From Chrysomallon squamiferum (Eukaryota > Animalia > Mollusca): 64,000 nt of DNA. The notes beneath the pieces are model-generated. The model saw only the letters and a list, made by a program, of their open reading frames with translations. It was not told the origin of the DNA and made no database searches. The translations under genes were made by a program, and so were the position numbers. Shown here piece by piece: positions 53,221 through 64,000 of this stretch. The DNA is taken from the NCBI GenBank assembly GCA_012295275.1, contig CM022678.1, positions 16,244,001 through 16,308,000 on the forward strand. The letters run 5' to 3'. Positions within the stretch are counted from its first letter, which is position 1. Every line of letters begins with the position of its first letter.

Positions 53221-53999
53221 CAGTGCTTACTTTTTTTTTTTTTCATCATTTTATTTTTTTTTTTTTTTTTTTATTTGTCATGAACACGAAAGTATTGAGC
53301 GATGTCGTGTAGGCGTTGGCCGGCATTAAGCCGTCCCATTGCTTCGTGATGTTGCTTTTCCATTAAGGCTGGGCGGCGATAATTTTAACAGTGTAAATTC
53401 TTCCTTTTGTTGGTGAATAATGTTGGTTCAGTGCATCAAAATATGATTTCAATACATCCGTTTCTGCGACAGCACCAGCGCACAGCATTTGTAATGCATA
53501 TATTCTTTTTTCTTTTAATTAACCTAGTTATAAATTAAGGGGGAAAAAATTCATCGTAGAAAAATGTATAATGTATTTTTTAACCTTAATTCCCAAATTA
53601 CGTCATCTTCTGAAGCATACATGTTGTTTTCATTTCAGTAATGCGGCTGACAATTGTATAACATTTGCTTTAATTCAAATCAAATAAATGGGAAATATGA
53701 TACTGAAAACCACCAAACAGATGACATTTTGTTAATTTTTGTTTTTTTGTTTTTTCAATTTTTAATGGTAATTTTTAATTAAAAATTCTTTGATCCTGCA
53801 AGTTCAGTGCCAAAGTAAAACAATAATTATGAGAATGCAAGTTATTTGATTTCTAACAACAACCCACTGAAAATAAGAAAAAGGAACAATTGTATTTCAG
53901 TTTTGATTTTTAATCATAATATTGTCCCATAATTGTTGGCACTGTTTTAGGTCATTTACCATAAAATTTCAGATCTCAAAAATATTTTAAATATGTCAA

Positions 54000-56655
54000 C
54001 ACTTCAGACCACAAAGTATTTTAAATACTGTGAGAATTTCGGACCATTAAGTATTTTAAATACAGCTAAAGCTTTGGTAGCAGGTATCGTATGCAGTCAT
54101 AATTTACATCATAGTGCAAAAACGTATTTTTAAATGCTTCTGCAATGTCCAGCATCAGGCATTTTAAATACTTCTAAATTTAATCAAAACAAGTTTGCTG
54201 AATGAATTTATAGTGGATCTAAACTCTAGTCACTCTCTAGATCTCCAGCAAATCGTGATTTACAACATAGTGCAGTGGACAGTTTCCAAAAATATCAGCA
54301 AACAAATATTACTTTAAAACTTGGATTGAAGGAATTTGATGTTATATGCAGTCTGTTCTCATTTTTTATCTTTGTTCTTTTAACATCAAGTTCTCGTTCT
54401 GTTAAATATCTTTCAGATTTCTGTGAAAACAGATGTTTTGCAGAAAGATCAGTTTTTCCTCTCTGCTAAAAAGTGATGAAGTCTGTTTTTATCTGAAATA
54501 TTAACATTGTCTTTGTTCTATTAAGTTTTACATATTCCAGTGACTACAGATGATGTTGAAGAAAATTCCTTTCTGTTCAGACATTATAATCCCCAAGATG
54601 AAGCAGTCAAGTGTGATTAAAAGTATCAAATTTTAATAAAACAAATTCAATGAAAATGTTTGATTGAAAAGTCATCAAAATGTTGAAAAAGCTATCGATA
54701 TCAAAAGTGTGAATTTGAGGAAATATTTGTTCACACGAATTCAGCAGTTTGGTTTGTATTTTAGTTTTATCACACATTTGATCAGTTATTGGTATAAAAT
54801 TTTCGTTGAAATTATTATTTTCTGACAGTTCATCTTGAATATATGAAGCATCAAACACTGAAGACTCAGTCTGGAAGGCAGTTGATGTGTTGTCTGTAGT
54901 TACAAGATATTCCAAACATTTCAGAACTGATTCTTTTCTATCATGTTCATTTTCTAACCAGACAACAATTTCATATTCCTGAAACAGATTCTTGGACTCT
55001 GTGTGTGCCTCCATTTCTTTGTTCGTCTCCCAGTTAGCCTCTTCAAGCATATGCACTGTTTCACCTAAATGAAATGTTTCAAAGACATTAAAACAGTGTG
55101 ATCAGTGATAAATAAATAGTAACAATAATAAAATTATTAAACATGAATTAAACACCCAAATACATCCAAATACAATTTTCAGTCTTAAAGGCCACTGCAA
55201 AAAATCTTTGGGTTAAAAACCCATCAGGTGATGTGACAAGAAATTACATTAATGATTTACCACCCCATGTTTTAGCTCTTTATATCATTTAGATTGTTAT
55301 GTGGGTTTGTTTTGTTTTTTACTGAGTAAAGTTTTCTGTTGTTAACATCAACAATTACACGTCTAACAAAATTAATTAGTAATAATAAATAAAATAAATA
55401 AATTATAAAAAATATCCAACAATTTTAAAGTTTCAAGTGAACTCTTTTCACCTCAAATATGACAAAAGATAATAATAGTTTTAATACCACATTAAATACG
55501 CTTAAGTAAATTGGTAATCGTCAAAATTTATGGTTGGTAAATTAAAACCGTCAACTGTATCTCAACCTTCGATTTAATATGATTCGCTTGTCACTAAAGA
55601 CACATCTTTATCCTATATCGCCAAAATGTAAAATAAAATAACGCTAAGAAATTCTTCTGCCTTCAGCCGATTTAAAGTGTTTTTGTTTAATATTTTACCT
55701 CTGCATGGTGACATCATGATGTCTGTAGTTTGAAATACAGAAACAAAAATGTACAGCTATGATGTATCGATAGTATAACTGGATTTAAACAAAAAACCAC
55801 CCAACAACAGACTAAAGCGTTAAGACGATACGGGTGCTTGTACGTGAATCAACATGTCTGACTGCCCCCAAATTTCGGAAAGGAAATTTTTTTTTTTTTT
55901 TTTTTTTTTTAAGAAATTGCCTTAGTTTTTATTTTACAAATGACTTTTATTGACACCCAGCTTGTTTTCAATTAATATCTTTTAAAATATCAGTAATTAA
56001 ACGTGACAGACGAGTTGTTTTTAATTCGATAATTGTAAATTTTATATTTAATTGTATGTTAAATTCCAGTGACTTTTTTGACATTCTAGCTCAAAAACGT
56101 TCATTCAAAACTAGAAGAAAAAAAAAGAATCAAGATAATTATGTTAACATTAAGTTACGTTAAATAAGTTAAACAAATGTTAAAAGCTAACTTAAATTAC
56201 CGTGGATAACTTCCGTATCAAAAGAAATGAAAAACATGTATCTTCTCAAATCAGACTGCCAAACTCTTATCACAACAATGTTTCAAAGGTTCTCTCCCGT
56301 GACCTCCTTATACTTATAGGTAAAAAGCAACAACTGGTTTTGCAAGCACCCGCTTTCTTGGTAAAGCGTGTGTTTTCCTGTCCCGAGATTTTCCTTCGTT
56401 GCTCGATTCCCGAGGATTCGCGGATTCGCGGGTTCGGTCAACGTCACAAAAAGGAAGAGGCGGGTGTGTGTGTGTTTTCGTGTTTAGTTACAATACGAGC
56501 GTCGTCGTAACTTACCCGCTTACTTAGTTCTCAGTAATTTATAATAAAATTAGTTGTTTATCACTGAATATGTTCCTCAATTTATTAACTAAATTATTTA
56601 TAAATACATATAAAAACAAAAATCATTAAAATAATAGTTATCTATTGCTAATATT
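54000..56655 (+). repeat. ~2.6 kb segmental duplication copy 2
   Basis: Collinear with 50650-53220. Confidence 0.9.
54080..55717 (-). pseudogene. Ankyrin-repeat gene remnant, copy 2 (possible truncated 158-aa CDS: exons 55717-55699, 55064-54607)
   Basis: ATG ATG TCA CCA TGC AGA G|gtaaaa splices in frame to atttag|GT GAA ACA GTG CAT ATG; after the stop, ADIFGNCPLHYVVNHDLLEI ankyrin remnant at ~54240-54300. Confidence 0.6.
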
Positions 56656-59309
56656 TTTTTTTTTTTTTTTTTTTATTAATTGTGAAATGAATATGATTTA
56701 ATGCAGGTACGCTAACACTTCTGTTTATATTTTCTGTATATAGGAATGGCAGTGCATAACTTCTATATCGCTTTCGATTCAAGCGCGCTACCGATGTTTA
56801 TCGTACGAAAAATACAATTTGCAAAAGCGTGGCCAAAATCATAATTTGCGGGGTTGTATCATAATCCATCTTTGTAATGAATATATGCAAGCATGCTGAA
56901 ATGTCACTTGACATTAGATCCTTGAACTGTTTTGATACCTACCACTAACTTTATTCGATGGGTTTTCCACAAGAATAATCAATGATCATCTTCAAAACAA
57001 TGCGCTGGTTAATTAAAATATTAATGACATGACAAGGAGTAAGTACGCATGCGCGATTGGCAGAACGTTGGCCGTGAAAAAAATCGTTTCTTGGTATCGT
57101 TATTAAGTCAGTCTAAGTCATCAAACACTTATTTAATGATATATCATTAACAAATTTGCATTATCTATTCAATAAAGTGTTATTTTTATGAAGGCCTTTA
57201 TAGAGGTAAACATTGATTTAGGTTGGTTTCATTTGATTGACGAAAATGAGATAATTCCTGAGTAAGAGTTGCCAAGAATGCTGTAAGGTTTTTATTTTAA
57301 ATATTGCAGCAGGTTCTATCCAGTAATATTTACTGGTCTGACGACAGTGGGCCGTTTCAGATGAATCTGTTATAACTTGCAAAAGAGTGTTTACAATTTC
57401 ACGAATATCGACAAACGTTTAAAAACAACAAACACGTTTTACAATCATGGATTAATTACTGCAGTTTCTTGAAACTGAACACTGAAGAAACAATTAGTCA
57501 ACTGTGTATCATCAGACACTTTTCAAATGTGATCAATAACAAAACTGATAAAACTTTGTACATAACAATGGAACATGAATATGAGACAAATATTAGTAAC
57601 GACTCACAATGTTAATAACAATATACCTGTACAATAATGCAGGTACATAATTCCAACACGATGATGAAACACATTTTTTAGGAGGAAATATTCGTCCAAC
57701 ATGAAAATACATATTGCTACGTCTAGAACTTGTATTTTTTTTACAAATCCACTAAACAACTGTAGAACAAATAAGCGATTAAATGTAGCTAACTTACTGA
57801 ATTACTTAGATGAATACTTAACATTTCAAATGAAAACGTGAAAATTTGATAAATAGTAACAATATTGCAACTGTTATATTATTACAAAGATCGTTACAAA
57901 ATTACAATATTAATAACATTAATAATAGCAGCAAGAACAATAATTATATAAAACAATTAATTTTCCTTGTACTTTGTATTATCCCTCCCCCCCAAAAAAA
58001 ATAAAATAAAATAAAACATAAAAAAAAATAAAATAACATAAAATAAAATAAAATAATAAAATGTATTTGTCACTTCAACTTACGGATACCTACTGTGGAT
58101 TTCTAATGGATCTTTTCAAATAACTTTATGATATATATATTCTCGTTTTTCAGATTTCTGTATTAATTAAAATGGACTTTTTAGGAAAACAATTTTTACC
58201 ATCACTTTACCTTACAGTTTTGCAAAAATTAAACCCAATCGTTTATGAGTGAATATTCCATGTTATAAATTAAAACAAATGATGACAGTCTTTTGAAGCC
58301 ACACTTTACAGATTTTAACCATCAGTTTTTTCCTGAATCATAGTAAAAATGAAGGCATTCATTTATCATTAATAATGTATTACAAATTATGAAAACTGAA
58401 TTATTTAAAAAAAAAAAAAAGTTTTTTAAAATGTATTTAGAAGTGTAGAGAGAATATAAAAATACAAATAATGATGTAATGGAGAGAAATATCAACTTTT
58501 AAAGTCTGACTATATTCTGATCAATTAAATTTTCTTTAAGGGGAATCGATACAATATGAATCAATTTGTTCATCTTTCGTAAAAGATGAAACTAACCGAA
58601 GGGGTTGGGTCAAAGAATGTTACAATGAAGTGACAGAAAGAAACAATATATAAAGCTGTACTGTAATTCTCAACAATTCCAACTGAACAGAATTCTTGAT
58701 TCATTGGAATGCTTAACAATACATAAAAGAATTAAAAAAAAAAAAAAATAAAATTAAAATTAAATTAAAAAAAATAATAATAAATTGATTAAATACCAAA
58801 TATCTAAACTTATACATCATCACAGAAGTTCAATCTATACATCTACTTAAATGAAAACAAATAATAATAATAAAAAAAAAAAACTTTAAATAAATTAAAA
58901 AAATAATAATAATATATTTTTTAAATCTTACTTAATGAAATTGAAACACAAGCCATGTACTTTGTATATACAAGATGAATTTTCTAAATAAATATACTGT
59001 AAAAAAAAAAAAAATAATTAATAATATCTATCTCTATTAAGGTCTATAATTATTTGAAATTAAATTTGAAACCACTTTTAGAAACAGCTTTACTTAAGCT
59101 AATTTAATGCAATTTCAGTGAATTTTTTTAATTAAAGGACACTCGTAAACCAAGTAGTTTTATATAGTCTCTTTCTTCTTCAAATACTCCCCAATATTAT
59201 TATAACCTGTGTACAACTAAATTATTAATCCTACATACATAGGGACAAACTCTGAAACCAGTAATGTTAGGAAGTACATTTACCACGAACAATAAGATGT
59301 TTGGACTAC

Positions 59310-59350
<41 letters not shown>

Positions 59351-59704
59351 TAATAATAAAATTTATATGTATTCAAAGAGAACTAATCTTATTTGAGGTT
59401 CTACTTCTGAATTTTCTTTACAATATTTCTCTTCTTATTTAAACAAAGACACATGTTTCAAAGTATGATTTAAGATTTAATGTGATTATCAGTTTAAAGG
59501 TTTTATTGGTTAAGCATTCATCTTTGTTGTTAGTCGACACATTACGTAACTATAACTAAACAAAACTTTTAACAAACATTTTTTTTTCATTTGAACTGTC
59601 ACACAGTGCTGCCCTGTTGATATCCTAAGTCTGAATTGTGGAGGAAAATATGAATAAAATAAAGGTAAAAGAAAATGAAATTAAAAAGAGGGAAAAAAAG
59701 AGCT

Positions 59705-59719
59705 ATGATGATGATGATG

Positions 59720-59773
<54 letters not shown>

Positions 59774-59785
59774 TTAATAATAATA
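59705..59785. repeat. (ATG)n(ATA)n microsatellite
   Basis: Direct reading. Confidence 0.95.
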
Positions 59786-60835
59786 TTCATACTGAGGAGA
59801 CATAAATAGCATTTCTGCAATGTCCACATTTGAATTCAGCCACTTTCAAGGTTAAAAGAAAGAGAATGCCGACAGCAATCTCAGTTGCTTTTTTTTATAA
59901 GTCCTGTGATTTATTAACTAACGCTTATGGCACTTCTTACTATGAAATCTGTATAAATAAAAAATCGAGTTCGTCAGAAAGGTCCTTATAGTATATCCTC
60001 AAAATAATCTGATATGATTTCACTGCTAATGTAGTACGTATTACTAGTGCAGTTAATATAGTTTTTAAAACCTCTGAAATGTTTAAAACTGATTTCTGTG
60101 TCCTCATCATAGGCTTCTAAACATGAATATTTTTCTGTTAAAACTGAACACAATGCTGTTCCCTGAATTAAGTTTCTTTGTGTTTCTCGGAATATTCCAG
60201 ATAGGTTACTTCCAGTCTTGTCTGCAAATAGCTTAATTTGCTTTGAACAGTTCACATTAGTTTCAAACTGCACTGAAATGGTATGAAAGAAAAAACCACA
60301 TGACTGGATCTTTAAGTGTGGCCACAGCTACTCACACGTATCTGCAGACTCTGCACTAGAGGGATACTTGAGTAAACCTCTGGACAGCTAGAGCAATGAC
60401 CAGAGCTATACACAAACCACCTGTGTAATCTGATCTAGAAGTGTCAGTAAACCAGTAGACTGCTGGATCTTGAAATCAGTGACAAGACCTACACACAAAC
60501 CATCCACAGAAACACATATTTGTAATCCTCAAGGAAACAATGCTATGTTTGTGCGCTATTCTGCCACATCTCTATACTTCTTAGTCCTCTTTAAAAATAA
60601 AAGTAATTTTTAAAACAGCTAAATATTCGTACTGTCTATGCAATAACCATGTCCAGCATATTCATATGTGAATATACATGCACCTGTAATTTCTTAGAAA
60701 GAAAGAAAAAAAAAAAAATGTCTAATGCCTGGTCTGTTTTTTTTTGTTTGTTATGATTTGTTTGAAAATACTATGGTTATGTTTTCACAATGTTAATGAA
60801 GTGTAAAGTCCACCATGAAGTCCATAATGAAGTCA

Positions 60836-63800
60836 TCATCGTCTGTAATCTCTGTTGTCACGTCTTCGACCGCGGTGAAATCCTTCCCTGTGTCGTGAAT
60901 CGTCGTAATGATAACCCTGCGCTGCCTCAGGGTCTCTTGGCCCTCTACGATCGGGTCTCGGACCCCAAGGTCGCCTTTCCCGCCCAAAACCACGGTGCTC
61001 GTGTCTTTCTGGTGGTCTCTCTTCACCCATCTCAGGTGGCGGAAATCCTTGTTCTTCTTCTAAATTTCTGGGCGGAAAGTCTCTCCGCCTGTATTTATTT
61101 GGGCCTCCTCTCTGCCCTCTGTAATTCCACCCACCTCCTCTAGGGTTCTTCATGCCATGGTAATAACCACCGATAAACTCCTGTTTTTCAAAATAGTCTA
61201 TTTCATTGGGCGACTGGGTACATTCGGCTTCTGGATGCGTGTCGAATTTCAGTGACATCAGAGAAGGTGGCTTAGAATCTCTCGACTGGGAAGGTGAACG
61301 GACACTTGGACTTTCAGACCTGTAACCGCCAGGACCTCCGAACGTTCTCGAACGTTTTCCATGGGGTTCATTCGGATGTTCGTGGTCATATGGTCTCTTG
61401 TGAGAATAGCCGACATCCGGATTTGGCGATGACTGATGGTACTCTGCAGGAGGCATCCCTGGTGGGTTCATTCCACGCAGATCGATGTCCTGCTGTCGGA
61501 AATCAATATCCGTGTAACCTGGAGCCATTGACTGATTGCCATGCATGGACGGCGAAAAGCTGTGCTGTTCACCTTCTCTCATATGCAGTGGTGGTGGTGG
61601 TGGTGGTCCATGAGGATGCTCTGGGGGATGCTGCCCTGACATATGTTCTGGGGGATAATGTTGAATGTTATGTGCTGCCCAAACAGGAGCAGTAGATGCT
61701 GGTGGAACTGCTGGCTGAACGCTGGATACAGGCATGGGACCTCCCATTGGTGGAGGATTGGGAGGAATGTTCATTCCCCCCATCATGGACGTGTTAGGAC
61801 CAGTCATGACAGGATGAGGTGGCATCATTGGACTGCTGGACGCAGCCATAGAAACACTAGACACTGGCATCTGGACAGGAGGCATCATGGGATTGGGCAT
61901 TCCTGGAGGATACATCCTTTGATCTATATCTGTCTGTCCTGGCCACTGAGGTGTCATGTCTGGTCTGTCGGCAGTATCTGGGATTGATGGTTTGGGTGGC
62001 ACAACAGATATTGCCACAGGAATTCCAGGAAGACTTACAGTCATGGGAACACCAGGAATTATAGGTGGCAGAATCCTCTCGTCAACATCTTCAGTACCTG
62101 GCTTCTCTTCTGAATTTTTTTTGTCTTATTTTTGTTTTTGTTTCTATCTTTGCCTTTATCCTTTTTAACCTTCTTTGAACTGATATCCTCTTTCTTTTCT
62201 TCAGGTGATCCTGTTTTAGAAGAATCTTTAGGAGTGTCTTCCTTTGCTTCAGGCATGTCCTTCTTAGACTCCTCTGTAGTTGCTTCTGAAGGTTCGTCTG
62301 GTGGTGGTGCGGGAATGCTTTCAACAGAAGCATCAGCAGGGAATCCAAGACGAGGTGGAAGCAGGGGTGCTGCAAATGGGGGAGGAGGAGGTGGAGGTAT
62401 TCCTTGAAATCTTAAAGCTACACCAGGTGGTGGTCTGATTTTTGTTTCTGGTGTAATGGGGTCATCTACTCCTGGAGGAGGGGGGTTTCCTGGACCCCAG
62501 TGAGGTATTCTGATTGGAGGTGGTCGAACCGCTGTTGATGAATAAGCTTCAGGTGCGGGTGGTCGAACACCTGGTGGACCTACCGAAGTTGGAGAATTAA
62601 CCATCGGCTGTGGTCCTCGTAAGCGATCATCTTTATCCAGTGGAAGAGAAGAACTCAGCTTAATGCGTTCATCAATGTCTTCAATAGTCTGTTGTGTGCG
62701 CAGATCTACATCTTCTGGAACAGATTTTGTCACGTCGGGAACTTGGCCTGATCGCATATCAAGATCACTTTTTGAAAGTTCTATCTGCTTATCTTTTGAC
62801 TTTTTATTCACCTCATCTTTTTTGGAGTCATCTACTGACTTTTCCTTTGCACTGACAGAACTGTCTCCATCAGTACTGTTCTTGACAAGTTTCATGAACA
62901 GGTGAGGACTGCCTGAATAATCATCATCGCTGTCTGTATCGAGGTAACCCAATCCAGGGATAAGATTCTGTATGTCAGCTTTCTTATCTTTTCTTTCAGG
63001 ATCACCAAACAGTTTCAATTCATTTTCCTTCTGACTGTTTGATGCTTTATTTTCATCTGTATTTTCCTCTCTGCTGCCTTGGGAATCTTTTCCTTTGTCG
63101 GACACAGCAAAGCGAGCTGGAAGTCTTGGCTTCTGAAGTCTTACTGACGATTCTCCCATAACATCTTTCATCAGGGCCTGCAAAGCCAGTGGCATGTCAC
63201 CAGTTTTCGTTTCAGAGATAGATATAGGAATACTTTTAGCTGAAGATTCACTTGTTGTGGCCATCTCGTTGTTTTTCACTGTCGCTGTTTCTGATGACTG
63301 AATGTTTGCAGAAGATTGTTTAGCATCTGCTTCAACAACATCTGAACTAGATGTTGTGGCCTCAGTTGTTACTACTTTACTTTCAACAGATTCTTTGGCT
63401 TTTTCAGATTTATGTCCAGCGTCTTCTCTAATATGTTTCTTGACAATCTCAATTGATTTCTTTGGGCTAGTGCTTCTGAAATGACTTGTGCTAGGTTCTG
63501 CACTGTTATTTTTATAAAACCCTACAGGAGTGGTCATTTCAGAATGAATAGGCCTATATCTCTCCAACTCTCCAAATTTGGTTGGGTCAGACTTTCCTGC
63601 TTTAGGCAGTGAAAAAGAAACAGTTTTTATTTCAGTTGAAGGTTTTTCCACATCTGACTTGGTCTCTGACTTTTCTTTTTCACCAACTTTCAGTTTATTT
63701 TCCACAGAAAATTTTGCTTCTATTCCCAGTGTCTGTTTTATCAGGTCCTGTTTCCGTTTCTCTACTCTGTTTGTGAGCTCTGTAAGCAGAACCTTCTGCT

Positions 63801-64000
63801 CTGTAGCATCTGTCGCACATGCTAGAATAGTCACCATCATTGCAGTAATCTGTGCTGGATCTGTACTTTTTGCGATCTTGTCGACAATTTCATCAACTTT
63901 GATACCGGTTATGGCTTCAGTATCATCCAATTGTTTCAGCTTCTTTTTTGTTGATGGTGATGACAGTTGCTTCATGCTCTGTGTAACTGTTGATGTTGTC
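60836..64000 (-). CDS. Large terminal coding exon (>1050 aa, 5'-incomplete) of a proline-rich, disordered nuclear protein, tentatively DIDO1/PHF3/PPS-like
   Basis: ORFs 62059..63975 and 60836..62044 join into one frame if one A is added to the A8 run at 62115-62122. Coiled-coil EQKVLLTELTNRVEKRKQDL is reminiscent of the post-SPOC coiled coil of DIDO1 (from memory); repeated D-x-D-x-R motifs; P-rich body and R/G/D-rich tail. No diagnostic folded domain lies in the window. Confidence 0.8.

Noticed and set aside
56202-56510. 102-aa plus-strand ORF
   Set aside because: Non-ATG start, not evidently conserved as an ORF in the duplicate at ~52750-53040; more likely promoter sequence.
59986-60273. 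95-aa minus-strand ORF
   Set aside because: Lies in the probable 3' UTR of the right-hand gene, with no motifs or splice support.

Overview
AT-rich, microsatellite-rich, intron-containing eukaryotic DNA from an invertebrate animal (a lophotrochozoan such as a mollusc is my inference). From left to right: (1) ~1.4-7.0 kb, minus strand, a decayed Mutator/MULE (NOF-like) DDE transposase reading frame fused to a USP (C19) deubiquitinase domain and a Ulp1/SENP (C48) protease domain, with a chain of candidate upstream spliced exons leading back to a promoter-like region at ~15.3 kb. (2) 10.2-13.7 kb, a 5'-truncated I-group LINE (APE-RT-RNase H-CCHC). (3) 15.8-27.0 kb, a duplicated and partly inverted block holding two convergent two-exon genes for 48-aa and 51-aa proline-rich micropeptides that the ORF track misses, with hAT and LINE debris between them. 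(4) 29.0-49.1 kb, a complete 22-exon NPC1 gene (~1321 aa). It has a perfect SRE-1 and a tiny hAT MITE in its promoter, a tandemly amplified splice donor, a candidate poison micro-exon and a nested antisense coding relic. (5) 50.6-56.7 kb, a tandem pair of decayed ankyrin-repeat genes. (6) 60.8-64.0 kb, the large terminal exon of a proline-rich nuclear protein gene (tentatively DIDO1/PHF3-like) with a 1-nt homopolymer frameshift. All calls come from reading and hand-translating the sequence; no database searches were run.
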